Shown here: positions 36,138 through 49,746 of the stretch, one piece after another | How positions within the stretch are numbered: the stretch's first letter is position 1 | How the letters are laid out: every line of letters starts with the position of its first letter | Assembly (NCBI RefSeq): GCF_964213995.1 | Contig: NC_135814.1 | Coordinates: 83,824,001 to 83,888,000, forward strand | Length of the DNA stretch: 64,000 bases | Reading direction: 5' to 3' | DNA from: Mustelus asterias | Lineage: Eukaryota | The notes under the pieces: model-generated | What the model was told of the DNA's origin: nothing | The model's input: the letters and a program-made list of their open reading frames with translations, nothing else | Databases searched by the model: none | Program-made: the position numbers and the translations under genes

Positions 36138-37890
36138 ATTGTTCTTGATAAATGTGATTCCTCTTTGCTGAAATATTATTGAAAATAATAAAACCTCCTG
36201 TCACTCACAGTCAAGGTTTTCATTTATTTGTGGATTGTTGTGGAGATCATTAGAAATTTCCTGGAACTGAATTCTCATCTTCGCCATTTTACACCTGTAA
36301 TCTCAGCTCATGAATATATCTCATCGGCAAAATGCAGATTTCGGAATAAACCTTGTCCATATCGTTAATAATTTAATATATTGACTCAGTGAAATTGAGA
36401 GGCTCATCCGAGTCTTCCAACTCTCCATAAATATGGGAATGGTGCCAGAGAACTGGAACATTGAAATTGTTTTTACAGAAAAATAGTGTAAATCCAGCAG
36501 CTACGGTCTTGTCACCTTGTGGTGTGGGAGAACCTTTGCTAATATTGCCTGGGATCACATTTACAGTTATTTTGCCGAGTGTAGAGTAAGAAAACTCAGC
36601 ACGGACATGTTAAAGTCAAATCATGTTTATCTTTGGCAAAAGCTTTTGACAAAGGGTCACATGGACTCAAAACATCAGTTATCTTCTTCCCTGCCAGACC
36701 TGATGAGATTTTCCAGCATTTTCTCTTTTCATTTCATGTTTATTTATTTTGTTTGGGCATTTATGATAAAATAGCAGATTGGATAGATGAGGGTCATGTG
36801 GTTAATGTGGATTTCTAAAGGACAATTGATAAACTGCCACATATTCGGCATGTCGGCAAAATTGAAGCTAATGAAATATGAGGGAAAGCAGCCACAAACT
36901 CACAAAGTTGGCTCAGTGACAGGAAACACGGAGTAATTGTGAATGATTACAGACAACCTGAAGCTATACAGTGGGTGTCCTGCATGGGAATCATAACTTC
37001 TAGCAAGAAACTATACTTTGTTTTACAGGGCACAATTTCAAAAGACGCTGCTGACAAAAAACGTGGAGGTATTTTAAACTGTGAGGAAGATACAGATAGA
37101 CTTTAAGAACATAGAGAGAGGCTGGTGGAATGGGTGAACACATGGCCAAGACATTCAATGCAGAGAACCCTGAGTTGATTCATTTTGTTGGGAAGAGTGA
37201 ATAGTGGCAATAAAAAAGGAAGCACAATTCTGAAATGTTACACAAACTCACAGAGCTGGAGCCATATACACACACATCACTGAATTGAGCAAGTGGTTAA
37301 AAAGGCAGACGCGATCATTAGATTTCGAAAAAGAGGAATGGAAAATAAAGGCAAGAACTTTTTGATGAATTGTTATAAAGCACTGTTTGGGTCTGAACTG
37401 AATTCTTATTTCCAATTCTACATAGCGAATTTAGGATGAAGGTAAAAGTTGTAACAATGGTGCAGAAAAGATTCAGGAGAGTTGTTTCAGGCATGAGGGC
37501 CTTCAGTTGGGTGGATAGATTAGAGAAGCTGGGATTGTTCTCCTGACAGAAGAGAAGGTTCAGAGATGATTTGATGGATGTGTTTAAAGTTCTGAGGAGT
37601 CTGGACAAATTAAATAGAAAGGTGCTGTTTCCTTTGGTGGATGGGTTGAGAAACAGAGGACAACCATTTAAGGTGATTGGTAAAAGGAAACCAACATGAT
37701 GAAAAGCATCGTAAATATTGATCTGTTTTGCATTACTGGACAGCGTGTTAAAGGTTTCAAGAGAGAACTGTACAAGCACAGGAAGAGAAAAACTTTGCCA
37801 TGCTTCATGGAATGAGTGAGGTTTGAGAACCATTCATGGTGCTCGAGCACCAACTGGCACCAATATGGTATCAAAATCTTTGGTGGTGGG

Positions 37891-38187
37891 TGATGCGCGA
37901 TATAACACACGAGAGGCTGGATGTACTCGGGAAATAAAGGCTTTTATTGCCAACAATAACAGAGCTACTATATACAGTATATGATCCCAGACTAAAGGGT
38001 CACCAGGCAGAGCAGTGACCTTTATACCTCTCCCAGGAGGCGGAGCCAACTGGGGTGTACCATAGGACTATATTAACAGGTAGAACAGCCCAACCCTAAC
38101 CCCAACAGTAAGATATCTACAGACTCATAGTACTGGCCAGACCATGGCTCAGCACTACCTGGTGGGAACCAACAATGGTTCACCACA
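37891..38187 (-). mobile_element. Solo LTR, unit 4
   Basis: Copy of 3096-3392 with the GTGGG TSD. Confidence 0.85.
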
Positions 38188-41100
38188 GTGGGCAGTTCAA
38201 TGACTGCATGAAATGAAGCAGAGATTAATGCCTATGTGTGTGCGAGAGAGAGATTGAAAATGTAGCTGTACCAATGATTGAGGACCACCATTCCCCAGGT
38301 GTTAGAACTGGTACCATTAAATTATATTGTATACCAGTTAATTGGAAGAGAAAATAGAAACACAACTGGCTGAAATTTCAAATTGAATCAAGTTGTAATT
38401 GCAAATAATGAAGAACAAGTTGGTCACCTACAATGTCATGAGATTCGGGAAGTGTAATAAACATTGGAACTTTAAATTAACATAATGTAGCAGAGGAAAG
38501 GATCTGGGTGTATTGGTGAATGGCAGTGCTGTGTAATGCAAGTACATCTTGGGTTATATTGCACTGAAGACAAATCACACTGGCTGGAATGTTCATGGTT
38601 TGCAGGAGCTGCCTGACAGGAACATAGGAATGGAGGTCTTAGGAGCAGGAGTAGGTCATGATCTGAACATAAATAGTGTCATTGCCGATAGAAAGATACT
38701 GAATGATACTGGTGCAATTGAGAAAGTCTCAAAGTTGCAAATACTCACTTTGTAACACCCGTTGAATTGCAAACACATATGTAGTTTATAAATGCATGAA
38801 GCTGACCAATTGAGGGAAAAATGATCGCCTCTAGACATTTAATGGAACTGAATTAATAAACCACCGTTGTTTTGGTGGCTTGTCCGAGTCTCCCTCCGTC
38901 TGAGGCATTAATATCTGAATTTTATTTTGTTATGGAATTCAATGCCTGATAAGGTGATGGAAAGTACTTCCATAGTAACCTTCAAGATCAGAGTGACACA
39001 GAGAAGCAGAATAAAAGGAGGAGGCTGTTTCGCCCCTCTGGCCAGTCCCACGTGGCTGCTCTGCACCCAATTGCCTTCACCCATTATCTCTCAATACCTT
39101 TCGTTAACAAGAATCTATCAATCTCAGAATTAACATTTACAATAATCTAACTGCAATTGCTGTTTGTGGAAGAGATTCCCAATCTTCAGTCACCCTGTCT
39201 GACTCATTTTTTGTCCATGTCTGAAACTCTCTAAATACAATATGTTCCATCTATTTGTCCCACCTTTTCTGAATATCTTGAAAAATTCAATCAAATCACC
39301 CCTTAACCATCTCAATTGAAGGAATTAAAATCCTGCTAAGTATAATATCTCCGGGAGCCCAGGAATATTTCTGATGAAATTATTTTACAATCCCTTCAGG
39401 GCCAGTTCATTTCTCCTAGGATGTGGTGCTCAGATCATTCACAGTGGTCCATGTGAGGTTTAACTCAAGCTTTGTTAATATGGAGCATGACTTTTCCCCA
39501 CTTTTATTTATACCCTCTGGATATAAAGACCATCATTCCATTGGCATTTTAATGTATTCTCTACCTGTTGATAAAAATTTAATGATCAAAAATATGGTTC
39601 CCAATTCTCCTTGGACTTCCGTTATTTCTAAATTTTTACCATATGGATCTCTACTTTCAGCTCCAAATTAAATCCCCTCACCTATATTGCCAATATTGAA
39701 ATCCATTTGCCACAGGTTTTTCTATTTGCATAATCTATTAATTTGTATTTTCATGCTTCCATCAAGACTCCTTACAATAATGCCTATCTTGCTGTCATTG
39801 GTAAACTTGAATATGTGGCTTTCTATGTCATCATCTCGGCTGTTAATAAATACTGTGAATAATTGAGGGTTCAAAACAAATTAAGAGATACCATGAGGTA
39901 GATCTTATCATTCTGAAGAACTGCCCATTATCCCTTCCCTCTTCTCCTGCCATTCAGTCATTGCCAAAGCAGGTCAATAATTTGCCTTCCCTTGCCTGAA
40001 CTTCAACTTCGGCTAACGGACTCTTTGAAGGGATTTTATTTAACGCTTTCTGGAAAACCAGATTGATAAAATTCATCGATATTTCCCAGTCCATTATCTT
40101 AGTCCCAGTTTCAAAACATTCAGTCAGATTTGTCAGGTATGACCAATGGATTCATGATGGAGGCATCTCCAGCAGATGTGTTTGCTTGAGAATATCTTGG
40201 CATCCCAAAACTCCAGCATTCCACTCTTCAGACAAATAAATTACGCTGCCATGTCTCAAATCGCCATATTTATTTAATTAATTAATGTGTATATTCAATG
40301 ACTATCTGTTGTGATATCAGATTGTTTAACTCGCTTAGCTATAAATTTGGTGTATTACATGTACTTTTTTCCAGTCCTTGTTTAACCTCTTGCCGAAGTG
40401 TGAGGAAAACCAGACACTTTAAAACTCAACAATCACCAGCAATGCCTCTGAACCTCAGTTCTCAGGCCTCACTGACTCTTGCTCCCTCTATCAGACCAAT
40501 CCTGGTTCTCTAAAGAAGCGGAACAGCACATCTTCCCCCACTGCGCCAAATTCACTCACTTACCACATTTCCGGAGTTCAGTAAGTACTCTGTCCAGTTG
40601 AACTTCATGCTACTTGTTTTGTTTGATTTATCAGCAACTGATAAGCCAACAGAATAAAACGTTACGACCATTTAACCTCCAAGCAAAAGAAAAACTTTCA
40701 CCAGCGACCGGGGATGAAGGAAATGAATGCAAGATGACAGTGCCCTCTGTATGGAATGTCCACTTGTACCAAATATCCGACTTAGCACTGTGTCCACAAA
40801 GCATTCTGTTGCTCAATGTTCCTTGAATAGGATCACTCCAGATCTCCTTTTCACCATCAATGATTATTTTTTAAACCACATTCTAAAAATGTCTTTGATC
40901 ACGCTACCACTGGCCTTTCTATTTCTCTGTTTACTATTCCAAAATGCCTTCAGCTTAACTGAAACTTAGAAACTAATGAAAGGTCCCACACAACAAAGCG
41001 ACACTGATTCAAATATGAATTCAATACGAACAATAAAATGTTAACAAATATCATCTATGAAATCAAATAGACACATGCAGTGATTAAAGCTTTATGGGCT

Positions 41101-41508
41101 TTGGAGCACAATGGGAAATCAGATAACACTGGCAGCCAATTATATAAAATGGTGTGAATAAAAAATAACTTGTTCAGGATATATACATCTGCCTTGTGGC
41201 CAATTCTGGAGTCTACCGCAATCATTACATGGACAAATCGGAAACACACCTGATTGAATGTGCAGCATTAACTGTTGGGGAATTTCAGTGTAAATACAGT
41301 ATCAGGAACACAATGAATACCAATGTCCTTTTGCCTTATTGACCCAACAATTAAAATGAGGTGAAGGCAAAAAACATTCAATTATACATAGGTTAAAATG
41401 GTTTTCTTTAGTGTATGTGATGTGTTTTGTTGCTTTTGTGCTGAGTTCAAACTATTGCGATCATTAAAATAACAAAAGTACAGCCCAGGGAGGCAATTCT
41501 GTCCAACA

Positions 41509-41514
41509 TATAAA
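41509..41514 (+). promoter_or_regulatory. TATA box of g5
   Basis: TATAAA 67 bp upstream of ATG 41576. Confidence 0.75.
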
Positions 41515-41575
41515 TACCAAGCTGTGTGCAGCGGTGAAACATTCAGTCAGTTAGTCAGCTAACTCTGAGCTCAAA

Positions 41576-44500
41576 ATGGGAAAGGCAAGGATAAATCTGA
41601 GATATTGTATTATAGTAGAACACTTCTTGCCAGATTTGACAAGTTATTAACTAATTATTCGGCCATTTTATCCACAGATCATCTTTTACGAGGACAGGAA
41701 CTTCCAGGGTCGGCACTATGAGTGCAGCACTGACTGTGCCGACCTGTCCCCTTACTTCAGTCGCTGTAACTCTGTCCGTGTGGACAGTGACTGGTGGGTG
41801 ATGTATGAGAGACCCAATTACATGGGATACCAGTATGTTCTGAGCAGGGGAGATTATCCTGAGTACCAGCGCTGGATGGGATTCAATGACAACATCAGGT
41901 CATGTCGCTCCTACCCATACGTAAGTTTCCTTTGGTGACTTTTGCATGTAACCCGGATGGATGAGTGAAAAATGATAAGTAGTTGGGCAGTTGAGTTTCT
42001 TGATTTGAACTGAAGAAATCCTTAGCTGTTTTACCAATATTTTGTGTGTGGAGCATCTAAATATGCTTAATGTGAAAATGATAACTAATACAAATCATTT
42101 TCTCAAATGTATATGGGGGAGGGGGAACAGTCACATGTCGTGGTGCACGTCGGCACCAAAGACATAGGTAAGAGAGGGGATGGGGATTTAAAACAGGAAT
42201 TCAGGGAGCTAGGGTGGAAGCTGGGAGCCAGGACAAAACAGGTTGTCATCTCTGGTACGTTGCCGGTGCCACGGGATAGCGAGCTGAGGAACAGGGAGAG
42301 AGTGCAGTTAAACACATGGATGCAGGGATGGTGTAGGAGGGAGGGTTTCAGCTATGTGGATAATTGGAACACTTTCTGGGGAAGGTGGGACCTGTACCAA
42401 CAGGATGAGGTGCACCTGAACCAGCGGGGCACCAATACCCTGGGAGGGAAATTTGCTACAGCTCTTCGGGGGGGGTGGCGGGGGGGGGGGGGGGGGGGGG
42501 GATTTGGATTTGGTAATGGGAAATGAACCGGGCCAAGTGTTGGATTTGGTTGTGGGAGAGCACTTTGGAGATAGTGACCACAATTCAGTGTCTTTTGTTA
42601 TTGCAATGGAGAGGGAGAGGGCCATGCGGCAGGGCATAGTTTACAATTGGGGGAGAGGTAATTATGATGCAATCAGGCGGGAATTAGGAAGCATAGGATG
42701 GGAACAAAAATTGTCAGGGAAAGGCACTAATGAAAAGTGGAACTTTTTCAAGGAACAAATACTGCGTGTCCTTGATAGGTATGTCCCTGCCAGGCAGAGA
42801 GGAAATGGCCGAGTGAGGGAACCATGGTTCACAAAAGAGGTGGAATGTCTTGTCAAGAGGAAGAAGGAAGCATATGTAAGGTTGAGAAAACAAGGTTCAG
42901 TTGGCTCGATGGAGGGTTACAAGTTAGCAAGAAATGAGCTGAAAAAGGGGCTTAGGAGAGCTAGGAGGGGGCATGAGAAGTCCTTGGCGGGTCGGATCAA
43001 GGAAAACCCCAAGGCTTTTTACTCTTATGTGAGGAATAAAAGAATGACCAGGGTGAGGTTGAGGCCGGTCAAGAACGGCAGTGGGAATTTGTGCATGGAG
43101 TCAGAAGAGATAGGAGAGGTGATGAATGAATACTTTTCTTCGGTGTTCACCAAGGAGAGGGGCCATGTTTTTGAGGAAGAGAGGGTGTCACAGGCTGATA
43201 GGCTGGAGGAAGTAGATGTTCGGAGGGAAGATGTACTAGCAATTTTGAATAAACTGAAAGTTGATAAGTCCCCTGGGCCTGATGAAGTATATCCTAGGAG
43301 TCTTTGGGAGGAAAGGGATGAGATAGCAGAGCTTTTGGCATTGATCTTTGCGTCCTCACTGTCCACGGGGGTGGTGCCAGAGGACTGGAGAGTGGCGAAT
43401 GTGGTTCCTCTGTTTAAGAAAGGGAATAGAAATGACCCTGGTAATTACAGGCCGGTTAATCTTACTTCGGTGGTCGGTAAGTTGATGGAAAAGGTCCTCA
43501 GGGATAGCATTTACAACCATTTAGAAAGATGCAGCTTAATCCGGGATAGTCAGCACGCATTTGTGAAGGGCAAGTCTTGCCTCACAAATTCGATAGAATT
43601 TTGTGAGGAGGTAACTAAGTATGTAGATGAAGGTCGGGCAGTTGATGTCATATACATGGATTTTAGTAAGGCGTTTGACAAAGTCCCCCATGGTCGGCTT
43701 ATGAAGAAAGTAAGGATGTGTTGGATAGAGGGAAGTTTGGCCGATTGGATAGGTAACTGGCTATCTAACAGAAGACAGAGGGTGGTGGTGGATGGAAAAT
43801 TTTCGGACTGGAAACCGGTTACCAGCGGAGTGTCACAGGGATCAGTGCTTGGTCCTCTGCTATTTGTCATTTTTATAAATGACTTGGAGGAGGGGGCTGA
43901 AGGGTGGATCAGTAAATTTGCTGATGACACCAAGATTGGTGGTGTAGTGGATGAGGTGGAGGGCTGTTGTAGGCTGCAAAGAGATATAGATAGGATGCAG
44001 AGCTGGGCTGAAAAATGGCAAATGGAGTTTAACCCTGACAAATGCGAGGTGATTCATTTTGGTAGGACAAATTTAAATGTGGATTACAGGGTCAAAGGTA
44101 GGGTTCTGAAGAATGTGGAGGAACAGAGAGATCTTGGGGTTCATATCCATAGATCTCTGAAGGTTGCCGCTCAAGTGGATAGAGCCGTGAAGAAGGCCTA
44201 TAGTGTGTTGGCGTTCATTAACAGGGGGGTTGAGTTTAAGAGCCGTGGGGTTATGCTGCAACTGTACAGGACCTTGGTGAGACCACATTTGGAATATTGT
44301 GTGCAGTTCTAGTCACCTCATTATAAGAAGGATGTGGAGACACTGGAAAGAGTGCAAAGGAGATTTACCAGGATGCTGCCTGGTTTGGAGGGTAGGTCTT
44401 ATGAGGAAAGGTTGAGGGAACTTGGGCTTTTCTCTTTGGAGCAGAGGAGGTTGAGAGGAGACTTGATAGAGGTTTATAAGATGATGAGGGGGATAGATAG

Positions 44501-47500
44501 AATGAACGTTCAAAGACTATTTCCTCGGGTGAATGGAGTGGTAACTAGGGGGCATAACAATAGGGTTCATGGTGGGAGATATAGGAAGGATGTCCGAGGT
44601 AGGTTTTTTACTCAGAGAGTGGTTGGGGTGTGGAATGGACTGCCTGCAGTGAGAGTGGAGTCAGAAACTTTAGGAACATTTAAGAAGCTATTGGATAGGC
44701 ACATGGAGTACTTCGGGATGATAGGGAGGAAATAGCTTGATCTGGGTTTCAGACAAAGCTCAGCACAACAACGTGGGCCGAAGGGCCTGTGCTGTGCTGT
44801 ACTGTTCTATGTTCTATATGTACAATTAATTATACTTAAATATTAAAACCATGAAACCTACAGCAAAAAACAAGGATTGTAAGAAAAGGGAGAACCAGCC
44901 GTGGATAACGAAGGAAATAAAGGAGAGTATTAAAATAAAAACAGCTGCGTACAGAGTGGCCAAAAATAGTGGAGAAACAAGTGATTGGGAAAAATTTAAG
45001 AAACAACAAAGAGAGACTAAGAAAGCGATCAAGAAAGGAAGGATAGACTATGAAGCTAGGCTAGCAATTAATATAAAAAATGATAGTAAAAGTTTTTATA
45101 AATATATAAAAAGGAATAGAGTGGCTAGAGTGAATGTTGGACCCTTGGAGGACGAGAGGGGGGAGTTAATAGTGGGAAATGAGGATATGGCTGAGTCTTT
45201 AAATCAGTTTTTTGTGTCGGTCTTCACGGTGGAGGACACAAATAGTTTGCCAAATATTAACGATAGAGGGTTGGCAGCAGGAGAAATACTTAATACAATT
45301 AATGTTACCAGAGAGGCAGTGCTGGGTAGACTAATGGGACTGAAGGTGGATAAGTCCCCGGGTCCGGATGGAATGCATCCCAGGGTATTGAAAGAAATGT
45401 CAGAGGTAATAGTGAATGCGTTAGTGATTATTTATCAAAACTCGTTGCATTCTGGGGTAGTGCCGGTTGATTGGAAAACGGCTAATGTTACGCCGCTGTT
45501 TAAAAAAGGAAGGAGACAAAAGGCGGGTAACTATAGGCCGGTCAGCTTAACGTCTGTAGTAGGGAAAATGCTGGAATCCATTATTAAAGAGGAGATAGCA
45601 GGGCATCTGGATAGAAATGGTTCGATCAATCAGACGCAGCATGGATTCATGAGGGGAAAGTCGTGCTTGACGAACATGTTGGATTTTTATGAAGATGTGA
45701 CTAGGGCGGTTGATGGAGGAGAACCGGTGGATGCGGTGTTTTTGGATTTCCAAAAGGCATTTGATAAGGTGCCCCATAAAAGGCTGCTGAAGAAGATTAG
45801 GGCACACGGAGTTGGGGGTAGTGTGTTAAAGTGGATTGGGGACTGGCTATCCGACAGGAAGCAAAGAGTCGGAATAAATGGGTGTTTTTCCGGTTGGAGG
45901 AAGGTAACTAGTGGCGTGCCGCAGGGATCGGTACTCGGGCCGCAACTATTTACCATTTATATAGATGATCTGGAGGAGGGGACGGAGTGTAGGGTAACGA
46001 AGTTTGCAGACGACACAAAGATAAGTGGAAAAGTGAATCGTGTGGAGGACGGAGAAGATCTGCAGAGAGATTTGGACAGGCTGAGTGAGTGGGCGAGGAT
46101 ATGGCAAATGGAGTATAACGTTGATAAATGCGAGGTTATACACTTTGGAGGAAATAATAACAAATGGGATTACTATCTCAATGGAAACAAATTAAAAAAT
46201 GCTACCGTGCAAAGGGACCTGGGGGTCCTTGTGCATGAGACGCAAAAGCCCAGTCTGCAGGTACAACAGGTGATCAAGAAGGCAAATGGGATGTTGGCCT
46301 CTATTGCGAAGGGGATAGAATATAAAAGCAGGGATGTCTTGATGCACCTGTACAGGGCATTGGTGAGGCCGCAGCTGGAATACTGTGTGCAGCATTGGTC
46401 CCCTTATATGAGGAAGGATATATTGGCATTGGAGGGAGTGCAGAGAAGGTTCACCAGGTTGATACCGGAGATGAGGGGTTTGGATTATGAGGAGAGGCTG
46501 AGGAGATTGGGTTTGTACTCGTTGGAGTTTAGAAGGATGAGGGGGGATCTTATGGAGACTTATGAGATAATGCGGGGGCTGGATAGGGTGGAGGCAGAGA
46601 GATTCTTTCCACTTAGTAAGGAAGTTAAAACTAGAGGACACAGCCTCAAAATAAAGGGGGGTCGGTTTAAGACAGAGTTGAGGAGGAACTTCTTCTCCCA
46701 GAGGGTGGTGAATCTCTGGAATTCTCTGCCCACTGAGGTGGTGGAGGCTACCTCGCTGAATATGTTTAAAGCGCGGATGGATGGATTCCTGATCGGTAAG
46801 GGAATTAAGGGTTATGGGGATCAGGCGGGTAAGTGGTACTGATCCACGTCAGATCAGCCATGATCTTATTGAATGGCGGGGCAGGCTCGAGGGGCTAGAT
46901 GGCCTACTCCTGCTCCTATTTCTTAAGTTCTTATGTTCTTATGTTCTTGTACATGGGTCGAAAGTGTAAAGAGAAAACAATAATATTATTAGAAGTTGGT
47001 TTGCATTATGCAACTATTTAGAGCTAAAAGCCCTGGAATTGCTGGTTTGATTGTAAGTATACTCTTTTTAATGAGATTGAAAATGTTAGGCCTTATTAAT
47101 AGACATTCTATCCAATTGCAATATTCTATTACTCAGTGAGGTAGAAAGACCATCAGTTCCCAATGTGGAACAGAAATTAACATTAATATGAAAATAAATC
47201 TGTATGGCCCAACTGGAATCCAGCCTGAAAATAATGTTCGAAAGAGTTCACCATTTTTTGTAACACTTTGAAGGAGGGATGCATGGGAATTTAGTCAACA
47301 GATAATGAATTCAATTGTTCGGTAATATCATTTACGACTCTTCATTTATTCCCTGCTCCACAGAAGGCTGCCTTTCTAATTGTTAAGTCCATTACACATG
47401 TGGTGTTATTTCTATTCCAGTACCGAGGTGGCAACTACAGAATGAAGATTTACGAGAGGCCTGACTTTGGGGGACAGATGATGGAATTCATGGATGACTG

Positions 47501-47696
47501 TCCCTCTGTCTACGATCGTTTCCGTCACCGTGACATTCACTCCTCCCATGTGATGGACGGTTACTGGACCTTCTATGAACATCCCAACTACAGAGGCCGA
47601 CAGTACTTCATGAGACCCGGTGAATACAGGAGATACAGTGACTGGGGTGGCTACAACTCAACTATCGGATCTTTCAGACGCATGAGAGAATTCTAG
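41576..47696 (+). CDS. Gamma-crystallin g5, join(41576..41584,41678..41920,47421..47696), 175 aa
   Basis: Intact exons and splice sites. Variants YPEYQ (exon 2) and EYRRY (exon 3). Confidence 0.95.
42113..44817 (+). mobile_element. CR1-A in g5 intron 2 with an internal deletion of most of the APE domain; premature TAG 44310-44312
   Basis: Poly-G joins directly to the LDLVMGNEP codons. The element is net 668 bp shorter than in g4. Confidence 0.95.
44863..46949 (+). mobile_element. CR1-B in g5 intron 2, uninterrupted RT ORF
   Basis: ORF 44851..46842 (663 aa) with PQGSVLGP and FADD, plus tail repeats. Confidence 0.95.
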
Positions 47697-49449
47697 ATTG
47701 TTCTTGATAAATGTGATTCCTCTTTGCTGAAATATTATTGAAAATAATAAAACCTCCTGTCACTCACAGTCAAGGTTTTCATTTATTTGTGGATTGTTGT
47801 GGAGATCATTAGAAATTTCCTGGAACTGAATTCTCATCTTCGCCATTTTACACCTGTAATCTCAGCTCATGAATATATCTCATCGGCAAAATGCAGATTT
47901 CGGAATAAACCTTGTCCATATCGTTAATAATTTAATATATTGACTCAGTGAAATTGAGAGGCTCATCCGAGTCTTCCAACTCTCCATAAATATGGGAATG
48001 GTGCCAGAGAACTGGAACATTGAAATTGTTTTTACAGAAAAATAGTGTAAATCCAGCAGCTACGGTCTTGTCACCTTGTGGTGTGGGAGAACCTTTGCTA
48101 ATATTGCCTGGGATCACATTTACAGTTATTTTGCCGAGTGTAGAGTAAGAAAACTCAGCACGGACATGTTAAAGTCAAATCATGTTTATCTTTGGCAAAA
48201 GCTTTTGACAAAGGGTCACATGGACTCAAAACGTCAGTTATCTTCTGCCCTGCCAGACCTGATGAGATTTTCCAGCATTTTCTCTTTTCATTTCATGTTT
48301 ATTTATTTTGTTTGGGCGTTTATGATAAAATAGCGGATTGGATAGATGAGGGTCATGTGGTTAATGTGGATTTCTAAAGGACAATTGATAAACTGCCACA
48401 TATTCGGCATGTCGGCAAAATTGAAGCTAATGAAATATGAGGGAAAGCAGCCACAAACTCACAAAGTTGGCTCAGTGACAGGAAACAAGGAGTAATTGTG
48501 AATGATTACAGACAACCTGAAGCTATACAGTGGGTGCCCTGCATGGATATCATGCCTTCCAGTAAGAAATTATACTTTGTTTTACAGGGCACAATTTCAA
48601 AAGACGCTGCTGACAAAAAACGTGGAGGTATTTTAAACTGTGAGGAAGATACAGATAGACTTTAAGAACATAGAGAGAGGCTGGTGGAATGGGTGAACAC
48701 ATGGCCAAGACATTCAATGCAGAGAACCCTGAGTTGATTCATTTTGTTGGGAAGAGTGAATAGTGGCAATATAAAAGGAAGCACAATTCTGAAATGTTAC
48801 ACAAACTCACAGAGCTGGAGCCATATACACACACATCACTGAATTGAGCAAGTGGTTAAAAAGGCAGACGCGATCATTAGATTTCGAAAAAGAGGAATGG
48901 AAAATAAAGGCAAGAACTTTTTGATGAATTGTTATAAAGCACTGTTTGGGTCTGAACTGAATTCTTATTTCCAATTCTACATAGCGAATTTAGGATGAAG
49001 GTAAAAGTTGTAACAATGGTGCAGAAAAGATTCAGGAGAGTTGTTTCAGGCATGAGGGCCTTCAGTTGGGTGGATAGATTAGAGAAGCTGGGATTGTTCT
49101 CCTGACAGAAGAGAAGGTTCAGAGATGATTTGATGGGTGTGTTTAAAGTTCTGAGGAGTCTGGACAAATTAAATAGAAAGGTGCTGTTTCCTTTGGTGGA
49201 TGGGTTGAGAAACAGAGGACAACCATTTAAGGTGATTGGTAAAAGGAAACCAACATGATGAAAAGCATCGTAAATATTGATCTGTTTTGCATTACTGGAC
49301 AGCGTGTTAAAGGTTTCAAGAGAGAACTGTACAAGCACAGGAAGAGAAAAACTTTGCCATGCTTCATGGAATGAGTGAGGTTTGAGAACCATTCATGGTG
49401 CTCGAGCACCAACTGGCACCAATATGGTATCAAAATCTTTGGTGGTGGG

Positions 49450-49746
49450 TGATGCGCGATATAACACACGAGAGGCTGGATGTACTCGGGAAATAAAGGC
49501 TTTTATTGCCAACAATAACAGAGCTACTATATACAGTATATGATCCCAGACTAAAGGGTCACCAGGCAGAGCAGTGACCTTTATACCTCTCCCAAGAGGC
49601 GGAGCCAACTGGGGTGTACCATAGGACTATATTAACAGGTAGAACAGCCCAACCCTAACCCCAACAGTAAGATATCTACAGACTCATAGTACTGGCCAGA
49701 CCATGGCTCAGCACTACCTGGTGGGAACCAACAATGGTTCACCACA
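49450..49746 (-). mobile_element. Solo LTR, unit 5
   Basis: Copy of 3096-3392. The right TSD reads CTGGG (one change). Confidence 0.85.

Noticed and set aside
7329-46842. Repeated RT genes next to a repeated small gene as a retron/DGR-like or domesticated RT system
   Set aside because: The RTs are ordinary CR1-clade ORF2s with LINE tails, 5' truncation, empty sites in g6 and disabling mutations. There is no template/variable repeat pair or adenine-specific variation in the crystallin copies.
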